This document shows, piece after piece, positions 1-9,722 of a stretch of DNA of 64,000 bases; within the stretch, counting starts at the first letter, position 1, and each line of letters opens with the position of its first letter. The stretch covers positions 148-64,147 of the forward strand of contig CAZFWG010000005.1 of the NCBI GenBank assembly GCA_964522525.1. Direction: 5' to 3'. The translations under genes were made by a program, and so were the position numbers. This DNA is from an uncultured Alphaproteobacteria bacterium. GTDB lineage: Bacteria; Pseudomonadota; Alphaproteobacteria; JAJFIK01. The notes under the pieces were generated by a model, which worked only from the letters and a program-made list of their open reading frames with translations, did no database searches and was not told the DNA's origin.

Positions 1-888
1 ATTCTCAGGCACGGGACGGAGGACCAAAAGCGCAAATTCATTCCCGGATGTCTGACGGGCGCGGAAATCTGGTGTCAGGGTTTTTCCGAACCGGGGGCCG
101 GTTCGGATCTGTCGAACCAGCGCACCTCTGCCGTGCGCGACGGCGATGAGTGGATCGTCAACGGACACAAGGTTTGGACGAGCCTCGGCCATTTCGCCAA
201 ATGGATGATTCTCATTACACGGACAAGCAGCGATCACAAATATGAGGGGCTCACTTATTTTCTGTGCCCGATCGAAGGACATCCCGGCGTGACGGTCCGG
301 CCCTTGGTGAAGATGACGGGCGAGACCGGGTTCAATGAGGTGTTCTTCGAAGATGTCCGGATCCCTGACGCCTATCGGCTTGATGACATCGGGAAAGGCT
401 GGTCGGTCGCGATGACCACGCTCACGGCCGAACGCGGGGCGGCCGAAAGCGCCGGCAGCGGGGGCGGTGGCACCTCCAGTACGGTAGAAAACCTGATCGA
501 CCTGGCGCGCAACAGCTGGAGGAACGGCATTCTTGCGGCTGATGATCCCGTCACGCGCGACGCGATCATTCAGTGTGCCATCGTAGGGGAAGGCATGCGC
601 CAGAACGCCAAAAGGGCGCGCGTTCCCGCTCTGTGCGATCATCCGATGCGTCTCCCGTTGCAGCAGAAACTCACGGTCACGGAATTTGCCCAAGACACGG
701 CGCGGCTGGGGGTCGAGATCGCGGGCGCGCACTCGACGCTCTACAAGCGCGACCCGCGTGCGCCGAGCGCCGGCCATTGGCCGCTGGCCTATCTCAACTC
801 ATACGGCAACACGATCGCCGCGGGGACGAACGAAATCCAGCGCAACATTCTGGGCGAGCGCGTTCTCGGCCTGCCGAAGTCGAAATAG
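1..888 (+). CDS. Acyl-CoA dehydrogenase, C-terminal part (5' end lies outside the window)
   Basis: Frame 1 is open from the window edge. The translation (ILRHGTEDQKRKFIPGCLTGAEIWCQGFSEPGAGSDLSNQRTSAVRDGDEWIVNG...GTNEIQRNILGERVLGLPKSK) matches the ACAD middle and C-terminal domains, including the catalytic-Glu region. The stop is TAG at 886-888. Confidence 0.85.
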   Translation: MLRHGTEDQKRKFIPGCLTGAEIWCQGFSEPGAGSDLSNQRTSAVRDGDEWIVNGHKVWTSLGHFAKWMILITRTSSDHKYEGLTYFLCPIEGHPGVTVRPLVKMTGETGFNEVFFEDVRIPDAYRLDDIGKGWSVAMTTLTAERGAAESAGSGGGGTSSTVENLIDLARNSWRNGILAADDPVTRDAIIQCAIVGEGMRQNAKRARVPALCDHPMRLPLQQKLTVTEFAQDTARLGVEIAGAHSTLYKRDPRAPSAGHWPLAYLNSYGNTIAAGTNEIQRNILGERVLGLPKSK

Positions 889-898
889 GAGGAGCGGA

Positions 899-2071
899 AT
901 GTCCAGCACACTCAGCACACCGAGGGATTTCGGCTTTGGGGAAGACGAGGCCATGTTGCGCGACGTCGCGCGCAAGATGCTCGATGAACGACTGCCGATG
1001 GAGAAGTTGCGGCGCCTCGTCGCTGAAGCGCCGGAGCCGGTCTATGATGACGGCCAGCCAGCGCCATGGGATCACGCTTTGTGGGCGGAGATCGTTGATC
1101 TGGGCTGGACGAGCCTCGCGATCGGCGAGGCCGAGGGCGGTTCAAACATCTCGCTGGCCGGCATTGCCGGCATGATCGAAGAAGTGGGCCGGCACGCCCT
1201 CCCCTCGCCGCTTATCCCGACGCTCTCGGCAAGCCTCGTACTGCGGGCGGCGGGCGGCGACGTGGCCAAACAGGTCATGGCCCGGATCGCCGGCGGCGCC
1301 ACGGCGAGCCTCGCCCTGACGGACGAGCGCGGCAGTTGGGAGCCGGAGGATACGCCGCTCCTCGCCTTCGAGCAGTCCGGGGACCTTGTCCTTCAAGGCA
1401 CCGCGAGATTCGTGCAGGATGCGTCCAAAGCAGACCTGCTGATCGTCAGTGCAAGGCTCGGCGGAAAGCTTGTTTTATGCGCCGTTGAGACGGATGCGGA
1501 GGGGCTGATCCTCGAAGCCGATCATATCCACGATCTCACACGCGACCAAGCCAGTGCGCATTTCGATGGCGTGCGCGTGGACGCGGCGTCGGTCGTGTCC
1601 CGTGACGCCGCCGCCGTCTTGCGCACCGCCTGGCCGGGCCTTCTGGTGCTCGTTTCCGCCGATTTATGCGGGGCCAGCGAGTGGCTGCTCCAGTCAACGG
1701 TTGAATATGCAAGAGAGCGTGTCCAGTTCGATCGGCCGATCGGCTTCTTCCAGGCGGTCAAGCATCCGCTCGTGAACGCCATGGTGGAGATCGACCGCGC
1801 CCGTTCCCTTCTTTATCATGCGTGTGCGGAGATTGACGCGGAATCGGGCAACGCGGAAATAGCGGCCCGCATGGCCAAGAGCGCGGCTTCCGATGCGGCC
1901 GCTTTCATCTCGGACCGGTCGGTCCAACTGCACGGGGGCATCGGGTTCACTTGGGAATACGGGATCCACATTTACTTCAAGCGGAACCTCCACAATCAGG
2001 CACTGTTCGGGGACGGCGTTCATCATCGCAAGAAGCTTGCCGACCTCTTGATCGGACCCGTCACGACTTGA
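899..2071 (+). CDS. Acyl-CoA dehydrogenase family protein (second subunit/paralog)
   Basis: ATG at 899 follows AGGAGG (887-892), 10 nt after the upstream stop. The product is 390 aa with a C-terminal HGGIGFTWEYGIHIYFKRNLHNQALFGDG ACAD signature. The ORF-track start at 686 is an upstream in-frame extension through the preceding gene. Confidence 0.85.
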   Translation: MSSTLSTPRDFGFGEDEAMLRDVARKMLDERLPMEKLRRLVAEAPEPVYDDGQPAPWDHALWAEIVDLGWTSLAIGEAEGGSNISLAGIAGMIEEVGRHALPSPLIPTLSASLVLRAAGGDVAKQVMARIAGGATASLALTDERGSWEPEDTPLLAFEQSGDLVLQGTARFVQDASKADLLIVSARLGGKLVLCAVETDAEGLILEADHIHDLTRDQASAHFDGVRVDAASVVSRDAAAVLRTAWPGLLVLVSADLCGASEWLLQSTVEYARERVQFDRPIGFFQAVKHPLVNAMVEIDRARSLLYHACAEIDAESGNAEIAARMAKSAASDAAAFISDRSVQLHGGIGFTWEYGIHIYFKRNLHNQALFGDGVHHRKKLADLLIGPVTT

Positions 2072-2181
2072 GCCGGCCGGACCGGAAATCGTCGGTTATC
2101 GTCCGTTCAGACATGTTTGGATGGGGCGCATAGAATGAGTGTTGTGTTTCGTTGTCTTGATTGATCTGGGAGGCAATCCTG

Positions 2182-3150
2182 ATGAAGACCAGACTGACAG
2201 AGCTGTTGGGCATTGAGGCCCCCATCGTCTGTGGTGGGATGATGCGGGTCGGTACGGCGGATTTGGCGGCGGCCGTCTCCAATGCTGGTGCGCTCGGTGT
2301 CATGACCGCCCTCACGGCAAAGACCCCCGAACGGTTGGACGAGGAGATCGCGCGGTGCCAATCGCTGACGGACAAACCCTTTGCCGTCAATCTTACGGTT
2401 GGTGTGGTTTCCACACCGATTAACTATGACGACTTGGTCGATGTCATCATCAGGAGCGGCGTCAAGATTGTTGAAACCGCCGGCCGGAGTCCGGCGCCGT
2501 TCATGGAACGCTTCAAGGACGCAAACATCAAGGTGGTGCACAAATGCGTGACGGTGCGCCACGCGCTCGCAGCAGAACGTTTGGGCGTCGATGTCATCAG
2601 CATTGATGGCTTTGAGTGTGCCGGGCATCCGGGTGAACATGATGTTGGTGGCCTGGTCTTGTTCCCGGCCGCAGCCCGTGCCCTGACGATCCCCGTCATC
2701 GCTTCGGGCGGCATTGCGGACGCCCAGGGTCTTGTCGCGGCCTTGGCGCTTGGATGCGACGGCATCAATATGGGCACACGTTTCATGGCAACCAAAGAGG
2801 CGCCCATCCACGATGGCATCAAACAGAAGATCGTGGAAATGGACGAAAACCAGACACAGATCATCTTCCGGAGTTTTCGGAATACGGCTCGTGTCTATCG
2901 CAATTCCGTCGCCGAGAAGGTTGCCGAGATCGAAGCGTCCGGCGGTGACTTTTCCCAGGTCCATGAGCTTGTTTCCGGCGTCAACCAGGAGAAAGCGTGG
3001 AGCACAGGCGATATCGAAGCCGGTATGGTGACCGCCGGGATGTCGGGGGCTCTCGTCCATGACGTTCCGAGCTGCCAGGAACTTGTCCAGACGATTGTGA
3101 GCGACGCAGAACAAATCATCGCCGCCCGTCTGGCCGGCTATGTCGGCTAA
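2182..3150 (+). CDS. Nitronate monooxygenase (NMO / 2-nitropropane dioxygenase-like) family FMN oxidoreductase
   Basis: MKTRLTELLGIEAPIVCGGMMRVGTADLAAAVSNAGALGVM...IASGGIADAQG carries TIM-barrel NMO motifs. A GGGAGG-like RBS sits at 2167-2172. Confidence 0.8.
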   Translation: MKTRLTELLGIEAPIVCGGMMRVGTADLAAAVSNAGALGVMTALTAKTPERLDEEIARCQSLTDKPFAVNLTVGVVSTPINYDDLVDVIIRSGVKIVETAGRSPAPFMERFKDANIKVVHKCVTVRHALAAERLGVDVISIDGFECAGHPGEHDVGGLVLFPAAARALTIPVIASGGIADAQGLVAALALGCDGINMGTRFMATKEAPIHDGIKQKIVEMDENQTQIIFRSFRNTARVYRNSVAEKVAEIEASGGDFSQVHELVSGVNQEKAWSTGDIEAGMVTAGMSGALVHDVPSCQELVQTIVSDAEQIIAARLAGYVG

Positions 3151-3218
3151 GACGCGCAATCCGCCCTAGCGCAGATTCCGGCACAATAAGGCATTGCCTG
3201 ATATCACGCCGCTGGCGG

Positions 3219-4634
3219 TCATGATGTCAGGCGGTCCCTTTTGCCTCGACGGCGGATTTCAGCGGCGACGAGCCACAACCTGTCCTGCCCCCATACCGCC
3301 AGGTCAGGTTCTCCCGCCGGGCCGGACAGGCGATAGCTTGGTACACCCCACAAGCCAAGATCCTCTGTCATTTGGCGTTGATGTTCCTCGATGACCGGTC
3401 GCCAATCCTGATTGCCGATGATGCCGCGCGCCTGCGACCAATCGAGGCCGGCGGCTTCCACCGCCCTACGCATCCCTTTTTCCGTATGAAGACCGACACC
3501 TTGAGCGAAAGCATGGCGCAAGAGAGAACTCATAAGGTCCTCATCCTTGCCCTGTGACCGGGCCCAATCCAACAATGAGTAGGCCTGCCGTGTCGGCGCT
3601 CCAACCGGCATGAGGAGATTACCGAACGGTACGCTGAAGAAGTCCGCCTCGCGCTTGGTATCAAAAAGGATGTAGCGTGCCTTGGCCCTTGTTGCGGGTA
3701 CCCCCCTCATAACCATGGGCAGCACGGGCTTATGATTGAACCGGATGTTACATTCGTTCTTAAGGGCAATGGTCCTATCGAAGATAATCGATGTGTACGG
3801 TGAATTGAGGGATGGGAAGAAATCCAGCGTCAAATCGCTCGCGTCCACTCCCTCCACATCAATGGGTGGTCGTGGGGCAAGAAGCGGTGAGGCACCATCG
3901 CGACACACACCAAGATCCCGCAGCCGCAATTCCAGGTGAAACAGTCTGTCTACCCCCCAATACCATTCTCCGCCGTAATAAAAGCAGGCGCCGGAATAGT
4001 GGCCCATCTTCTTCAAAAGCGCGGATCCTTCCTCCAATGCCAATTGGGCGTCGTCGAAAGACGCCAACTGTGCATCTGCGGCGTGCGGCGACATCTCTCC
4101 GCCCGACCAAAGAGCCGTATTGATCGGCGCAATTCGGGCAATGAACGCGTCTTCCGGCAAGGCCGCGAGAATGCGAGCGGCTTCGATCACCAGATCTGGA
4201 TCGGGAACCGTCCCGGCATGTATTGGAAAGGACAGTCCGAAATGGGGAGCGATGAGTTCCGCATCCCGTCGCGCCCATATCTGCAGCTTTTCCAGTTCCG
4301 GCTGGTTCACCCCACCGGAGGCACGAATAAGATGGGGGCGGACAACAATGTCATAACGCGCCGCAAACTGTCCCAATAGCTGAGCCGTCAATTGCGAATA
4401 CGGATCGTCCAACTGGTGAAAATAGTGGACCGTGTGGGGCTCGTTTCTGCGCAACCGTCTCGCCTCGAAACGTTGCCTTTGACGCCGGATTCGACCACTG
4501 TCCGTGACATCACGCATCATCCAGGCCGTCAGATGCCTGAGCCAGCGGGGCGGATCGACGATTAACGACGAGTTTGGATTTCTTTCAGGTTCCACCATCT
4601 GGAAATATATTCCTTCGTCGGATGCTCGCGCCAA
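3219..4634 (-). CDS. DsbA-like thioredoxin-fold protein (2-hydroxychromene-2-carboxylate isomerase-like), extended form
   Basis: 471-aa ORF. It carries an N-terminal YFHQLDDPYSQLTAQL segment and a C-terminal GLWGVPSYRLSG segment, spaced like HCCA-isomerase/DsbA motifs but separated by a ~350-aa insert. The start is ambiguous (M at 4634 or the internal MVEPERN). Confidence 0.55.
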   Translation of the reverse strand: MARASDEGIYFQMVEPERNPNSSLIVDPPRWLRHLTAWMMRDVTDSGRIRRQRQRFEARRLRRNEPHTVHYFHQLDDPYSQLTAQLLGQFAARYDIVVRPHLIRASGGVNQPELEKLQIWARRDAELIAPHFGLSFPIHAGTVPDPDLVIEAARILAALPEDAFIARIAPINTALWSGGEMSPHAADAQLASFDDAQLALEEGSALLKKMGHYSGACFYYGGEWYWGVDRLFHLELRLRDLGVCRDGASPLLAPRPPIDVEGVDASDLTLDFFPSLNSPYTSIIFDRTIALKNECNIRFNHKPVLPMVMRGVPATRAKARYILFDTKREADFFSVPFGNLLMPVGAPTRQAYSLLDWARSQGKDEDLMSSLLRHAFAQGVGLHTEKGMRRAVEAAGLDWSQARGIIGNQDWRPVIEEHQRQMTEDLGLWGVPSYRLSGPAGEPDLAVWGQDRLWLVAAEIRRRGKRDRLTS

Positions 4635-4833
4635 TGCAACTACGGTTTTGACTGGACCTTGATGGTTCAGCCATGGCTAGTGCAACCATGTGGCACTCTC
4701 AGGGATCCGCACAAGGACTTGAATCCTGATACGGAAGTTTCTGTCACGCCTGCCGCTTACGCACAGTGAAGCAAACTTAGGTCGAAAGCGAACCACCAGC
4801 GGCAGGTAGAGAGTGTATGAAGACGCTCAGCAA

Positions 4834-6612
4834 TCATCCCGTTGGGTTTGGCCGCAAAAACAGTCGACGCACCAGTTTCAAAACACCCCAGACCAGCAAG
4901 CCCAATATCGCCATACTGAACAAACCCACCGCACTGATCCACGGCCAGTAGTACTGCCAGAGCTTGCCGATAACATTCAACCCGATTTGACGGGTGACAT
5001 GATATCCCGGGGGTAACTCCAAGATACCCACACGGTTGGCATAAAGACGGTATTCATGCATGAGCTCACGCTTGAGATCCGGCAGGGCAGCACTGAGATC
5101 GCGGCTTTCCCCTGGATCAACACTCACGTCGAACAGACGCCATATGCCGTCACCATGGGGCAGCAGATTGCGGACAAGCTTGTAGCGCCCCCGATAAAGG
5201 GCAGCCTGGCCCGATGTCTCAAAGCCAATCGCTTCGTCAGCACCATAAACACTCTCCGCCTCGCCTCTCAGGAGCGGCGTGAGTGATTTCCCTGTGAAGG
5301 GCTTGGCATCCGACGCTTCCTCGGTGGCACCAGCAAGCTCCATGACGGTTGGCGCGATGTCGGCCATGGATGTGAAACCTGTCACAGATTCACTCTTCGG
5401 CACGCCAGGTCCCGACATGATGAGAGGGACCCGAAGTCCCCCCTCTGCTGCGTGGAACTTGAAGAGATGGGAAGGCCCCGCCGCCGCGCTTGCGCCGCCC
5501 GGCCCAATGGCAACATAGCTGCGTTTCTCGCCAAGCGTCTCGTAGTCCCGGGAATAACCTTGCCAGTCGAGCCAGGGCTGGACAGGACCGCCCCATGGGT
5601 CGCCGGCCTCCGGGCCGTTGTCGGATGTCACAATGAACACCGTGTTCTCGAATTGTCCGGAAGCCGCAAGATAGTCGATCAGCTTACCGAATTCCTCATC
5701 CATTGCCTCCAGGGCCCCGGCATTGACAGCCATGCTTTTTGCCGCGAGCTTCTGTTCGCCGGCACTCAAATCATTCCAGCGCGGAATGGTCTGAGGTTGG
5801 TCTGCCAGGGGAGCACCTGCCCGGATCAAACCCAGTTCCTGGGCCCGTCGCCACCGCCTTTCCCGCATGGTGTCCCAGCCGTCGCGATAGATTTGGATGT
5901 ATTTGTCGGTATACGCCCTGGGAGCCTGGACCGGAATATGGACCGCCAGAAAGGCCACATAGGCAAAGAAGGGCTCTTCACGATCCGCATCTGCTTCGAG
6001 ATAGTCCCGCATCTGCCCCGCGATGAACGTCGAAGAATAAAAGCCCTCCGGCAATGTCGCCCGCTCGCCGTCTTCAAACCACGGAGCATCCCGGTAGTAG
6101 GGCAGATAGGGTTTGTTCTCCCAATGATCCGCACCGGATGCATCGAGGATGAATGACCGGTCAAAGCCATGATCGACTGGCAGCTGTCCATCCTCATGAC
6201 CCAGATGCCATTTGCCCGTCATATAGGTGCGATAGCCAGCCCGCTTCAGCTTTGTGGCGATGGTCTCGACGCCCGGCTCCAGCGCCATTGTGTATCCAGG
6301 GTGCCCACGATGCTGAGGCGGGAGGACCTCCCGGATGGTCCCCAAACCCGCAAGGTGATTGTCCATCCCCGTCAGCAGCATGGCACGGGACGGCGCGCAG
6401 AAAGGTGTGGCGTGATGTTGGAAAAAAAGTGTGCCACGGTCTGCCAGAGAATCAATGTTGGGCGTGGCCGCTTCGCCGCCAAAGACACCGAAATCCATCA
6501 GTGCGGCGTCGTCGACGAGCACCAGCATGATGTTCGGACGCGCCGGGGATCCCTGGGCATGACCAGTCAGAAAAACCGTCAACAATGCGGTGCTGAGAAT
6601 GCGACCGATCAC
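4834..6612 (-). CDS. Arylsulfatase (Cys-type, formylglycine-dependent) with C-terminal transmembrane segment
   Basis: Sulfatase N-domain with IMLVLVDDAALMDFGVFGG and the C-A-P-S-R motif (PFCAPSRAMLLTGM). The C-terminal WQYYWPWISAVGLFSMAILGLLVWGVLKLV is hydrophobic. The start overlaps the upstream gene's stop (ATGA at 6609-6612). Confidence 0.85.
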   Translation of the reverse strand: MIGRILSTALLTVFLTGHAQGSPARPNIMLVLVDDAALMDFGVFGGEAATPNIDSLADRGTLFFQHHATPFCAPSRAMLLTGMDNHLAGLGTIREVLPPQHRGHPGYTMALEPGVETIATKLKRAGYRTYMTGKWHLGHEDGQLPVDHGFDRSFILDASGADHWENKPYLPYYRDAPWFEDGERATLPEGFYSSTFIAGQMRDYLEADADREEPFFAYVAFLAVHIPVQAPRAYTDKYIQIYRDGWDTMRERRWRRAQELGLIRAGAPLADQPQTIPRWNDLSAGEQKLAAKSMAVNAGALEAMDEEFGKLIDYLAASGQFENTVFIVTSDNGPEAGDPWGGPVQPWLDWQGYSRDYETLGEKRSYVAIGPGGASAAAGPSHLFKFHAAEGGLRVPLIMSGPGVPKSESVTGFTSMADIAPTVMELAGATEEASDAKPFTGKSLTPLLRGEAESVYGADEAIGFETSGQAALYRGRYKLVRNLLPHGDGIWRLFDVSVDPGESRDLSAALPDLKRELMHEYRLYANRVGILELPPGYHVTRQIGLNVIGKLWQYYWPWISAVGLFSMAILGLLVWGVLKLVRRLFLRPNPTG

Positions 6613-7490
6613 AGGATAACCTCGCCATCAGGCAGGTTGATCAATGTCTCCATCATTTTCACCGCCGTTTCGGTCCCGCTGTTCTGGTTCTGTCCGGTTA
6701 CGATTCTGCCGTCAGTGACCACCCGGTTCGCGAAAAAATCGCGAAAGCCCGTATCGGCTTCGAACAGGGCGCCAGCAGCCCGTAGATCCCGTTCAGGGTG
6801 CATGGGCGTGTGGGTGATCCCAAGCTCCTTGATTTGTTTGTCGGTAACGGCCGTCACCTTGCGACCGGCGACCAAGAGTGATCCATCCGCCGCTTTGGCT
6901 TGCAAGAGCCCGAGCGGTCCGTGACAAACACCCCCGATGACCGCACCATTCGCGTAGGCCGCCGTCATTTTCTCTCCGAGTACCGCGGATTGGGCAAAGT
7001 CATAGGCCGCCCCCCAACCACCGGCGAGAAACACGATGTCATATTGTGTGATGTCGACCATTCCGACGTCATAGGATCGGATAACTTTGGATTGGAAGAG
7101 TTGATCCTTCAGGTAGCGTTTGTCCGGATCCGATGCGATCGGCCAACGCAGGGAGACGGGCTCAATCGGGATCTGGCCGCCCTTGATGCTCGCGATATCG
7201 ACCTGCATGCCTGCATCAAGAAAAGCATAATAGGGCGCAGTCATCTCCGAGGCGAAGACGCCCGTCGGTTCGCCGGTCGCGTCAAGGGTGTCATGACTTG
7301 TCGCGACGATCAGGACACGCTTTCCCGACAGGTCGAGATCCGATACCTCATAGTGCGGATGAAGCCCAAATGCGGTCAGCAGGAGTGGCAAGCCAAACCA
7401 GACGGACACACCCAGGAAAACGAGGGCCACCGCTCCGTACCGTAAGACTTTCGCCACCAATGTCTTCATCTCCTCGAATGAGCGGCTCAA
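6609..7490 (-). CDS. DJ-1/PfpI family protein (type-1 glutamine-amidotransferase-like) with N-terminal membrane anchor
   Basis: Cys-elbow motif GGVCHGPLGLL. The N-terminal TM helix is LRYGAVALVFLGVSVWFGLPLLLTAFGL. The stop overlaps the sulfatase start. The true start may be the internal MKTLVAK (7469). Confidence 0.75.
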   Translation of the reverse strand: MSRSFEEMKTLVAKVLRYGAVALVFLGVSVWFGLPLLLTAFGLHPHYEVSDLDLSGKRVLIVATSHDTLDATGEPTGVFASEMTAPYYAFLDAGMQVDIASIKGGQIPIEPVSLRWPIASDPDKRYLKDQLFQSKVIRSYDVGMVDITQYDIVFLAGGWGAAYDFAQSAVLGEKMTAAYANGAVIGGVCHGPLGLLQAKAADGSLLVAGRKVTAVTDKQIKELGITHTPMHPERDLRAAGALFEADTGFRDFFANRVVTDGRIVTGQNQNSGTETAVKMMETLINLPDGEVIL

Positions 7491-7496
7491 GGAACG

Positions 7497-8537
7497 TCAC
7501 TCATTTGACGTTTGGACCTGATCAATAACCCTCAACAATGCAGCAGCGATTTCAACCGGAACCTCCTCCTGCAGAAAATGACCCGCTTGTGTTTCGGTCA
7601 CGGCCGCGTCCGGGAAGTTCTGTTTCATGAGAAGTAGCGCCCTGCCCAGTATCGGATCGTTCACGCCCCAGACGATTTCCACGGGAATATCCAACCCTTC
7701 AACGTAGCGCTCAATCTCTCTCAATTGCACGGCACTTGGCTGATCGGGACCGTTGGGAACCATGCGCATCATCGCCAAGGGGGCTTTGGCATTGCCGCTT
7801 TCCAGAACGGGCCTTCCGTAAAGGTCGGCGACCTCGGCCGGAATTGAAGCCGGATCACCCTGGGCCTCGTGGAGTCGATCGAACAGGGAAACAACAACGT
7901 TGAACAAGAGTTCACCGATAATGGACGTCTTGGCGATATCATGAGCTCTCGAAAGGCTCGTTTTTTCCGTGGGCGCATTGAGTCCGGTATTCAGGATCAC
8001 CGCCCCTTTCATCAAGTCGGGAGACCGTGCGAGTGATCCCACACCGATGGGGCCGCCCCAGTCCTGCCCCATATAGACCAGTTCCGTCAGTTGCAATTCC
8101 ACGAGAACGCGATTCATCCAGCGGATATGATTATCCAACGTGTGCTGACTTGCCGGAATTTTGCTCGAGAAGCCAAGGCCCACCAGGGTTGGCATGATCA
8201 GACGAAGTCGGTCCTTTGGAAGCTCTCCGGCGATTTTACGATACAGAAAACCGGAAGTCGGATTGCCATGGAGCAAGAATACCGGGAAACCGGATCCGAC
8301 TTCGAGGATATGAATCTTGATCCCCGGCTCCACCTCGATGAAATAGCTCTTATAGTCGTCGGTGATATGTTTCGATGCGTAGTCCGGGAGGGGGAATGCC
8401 TCGAAAGTGCCGGCATCCAGGGTAACGGTTCCCTGCCCCCGCGGGGTCACCAAACGCCCGTCACGGGTTATGACACTGACAAAAACAATGCCGCCGATGA
8501 TGATAACCGCAAACAGAGTGAACAGTATGCGTCTCAT
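7497..8537 (-). CDS. Haloalkane-dehalogenase-like alpha/beta hydrolase with N-terminal TM anchor
   Basis: LLHGNPTSGFLYRKI and GQDWGGPIG (nucleophile Asp-Trp) resemble HLD-II (DhaA/LinB-type) signatures. The N-terminal helix is ILFTLFAVIIIGGIVFVSVI. It lies 6 nt upstream of the DJ-1 gene. Confidence 0.7.
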   Translation of the reverse strand: MRRILFTLFAVIIIGGIVFVSVITRDGRLVTPRGQGTVTLDAGTFEAFPLPDYASKHITDDYKSYFIEVEPGIKIHILEVGSGFPVFLLHGNPTSGFLYRKIAGELPKDRLRLIMPTLVGLGFSSKIPASQHTLDNHIRWMNRVLVELQLTELVYMGQDWGGPIGVGSLARSPDLMKGAVILNTGLNAPTEKTSLSRAHDIAKTSIIGELLFNVVVSLFDRLHEAQGDPASIPAEVADLYGRPVLESGNAKAPLAMMRMVPNGPDQPSAVQLREIERYVEGLDIPVEIVWGVNDPILGRALLLMKQNFPDAAVTETQAGHFLQEEVPVEIAAALLRVIDQVQTSNE

Positions 8538-8895
8538 TGTTCTTGCTCCTGTTGCCCGTCGATCAATTCGTCAGCTGAAGGAAGAGCTTTGGCGCGTTCA
8601 CCCGCCTGTCGCGGCGATTCTCCGGAGCGGCTGCTGTGCCCTCGGCTCTGGGCCGAGGAGCAACCAAATGTACTTCGCCATCCAACCCTAATGCCACTCA
8701 TTAATACAGGCTGGAACCGTCTGTGGCAATCCTCGTGTCACGGCTTTCCAGTGGTTCACCCGAGACATTTGCATCGCCCTCACCGCACCTTCAATTGCAG
8801 ATGTCGCGGGCACAAGAACCAGAAGCAAGATCTTGTTTCCAGGGGAGCGTTGGGCTCTGACGCTTGAGTGGTGGGGGCGCGGCAAAAGGGAGAAC

Positions 8896-9543
8896 TCAAG
8901 CGTCCGGGCCGCGCTCCTCGTCTGTTGCTCCCCGCAGAAAACCGGAGAGACAGGTTGCGGCCTCGCGAACCGCCTGTTCGACCGGTAGAGCAGTGCCTTC
9001 CTCGATCCCACGGGCATAATCAGCAGTCAGAATGATGGAGATCGTTAATACCTGTCGCAAGCGGCGTATCAGAACATCCTCCGGATAGTCATTAAGTGCG
9101 GTAAGCGCCCGCTCTCTGATGGCCAAAACACAACTCGGCGTCAGGTCATTGACAAGTTCGGTTAAATCGAAGCGAGGGTCTGTCACCAGCTGGACAAGAA
9201 AGTAAGCATAAAGACGGCCGCTCTCTTCCGCACAGGCTTCAAACAAGGGCCCTACGGCTGCTTCCATGAGGGCAATCATATCGCTGCCCTTATTCGTGGC
9301 ATCGAGTTCGACGAGACGGGCGAGGCGAGCCTCTTCTATGGCGAGATACCGGTGCGCGAAAACCTCCCGGATCAACGCCTCAATGCCCCCGAAATGATAG
9401 TGGAGCGCGCTTTCGTTGCGGGCGCCCGCCGCGCGTGTGATGTCACGCACGGAAACGGTACCCAGTCCCTTCTCCGCGAAAAGGCGTTCAGCGGCCCGGA
9501 TCAAAGCAGCTTTCGTATTCTGACGCATTTGGTGCTCGATCAC
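8896..9543 (-). CDS. TetR/AcrR family transcriptional regulator
   Basis: N-terminal HTH AALIRAAERLFAEKGLGTVSVRDITRAAGARNESALHYHF, 215 aa. It lies upstream of the hydrolase operon on the same strand. A palindrome sits just upstream of the start. Confidence 0.8.
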   Translation of the reverse strand: MIEHQMRQNTKAALIRAAERLFAEKGLGTVSVRDITRAAGARNESALHYHFGGIEALIREVFAHRYLAIEEARLARLVELDATNKGSDMIALMEAAVGPLFEACAEESGRLYAYFLVQLVTDPRFDLTELVNDLTPSCVLAIRERALTALNDYPEDVLIRRLRQVLTISIILTADYARGIEEGTALPVEQAVREAATCLSGFLRGATDEERGPDA

Positions 9544-9550
9544 TCCCTTT

Positions 9551-9570
9551 ATGCTTGTATTCTAAAGCAT
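9551..9570. promoter_or_regulatory. Inverted repeat ATGCTT-N8-AAGCAT immediately upstream of the TetR start (candidate autoregulatory operator)
   Basis: Seen directly: atgcttgtattctaaagcat. It lies 8 nt 5' of the minus-strand TetR start codon. Confidence 0.3.
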
Positions 9571-9722
9571 GCTCAATCTATCTCAAGTCATGACGGGGCG
9601 TCAGGTTGTTGTTTTGACATGTTTTAACAGCGCAAAGCCGCCCGCACTTGCCCTGAAAAGGCACGATCATCCTTGATCAGTTGTGCGCATGAACAAACAA
9701 AAAAGATCTTGATCGGGACAGA

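Noticed and set aside
8640-8658. Hairpin CCTCGGC-tctgg-GCCGAGG between TetR and the hydrolase operon
   Set aside because: No adjacent T/A tract on either strand, so it is not called as an intrinsic terminator.
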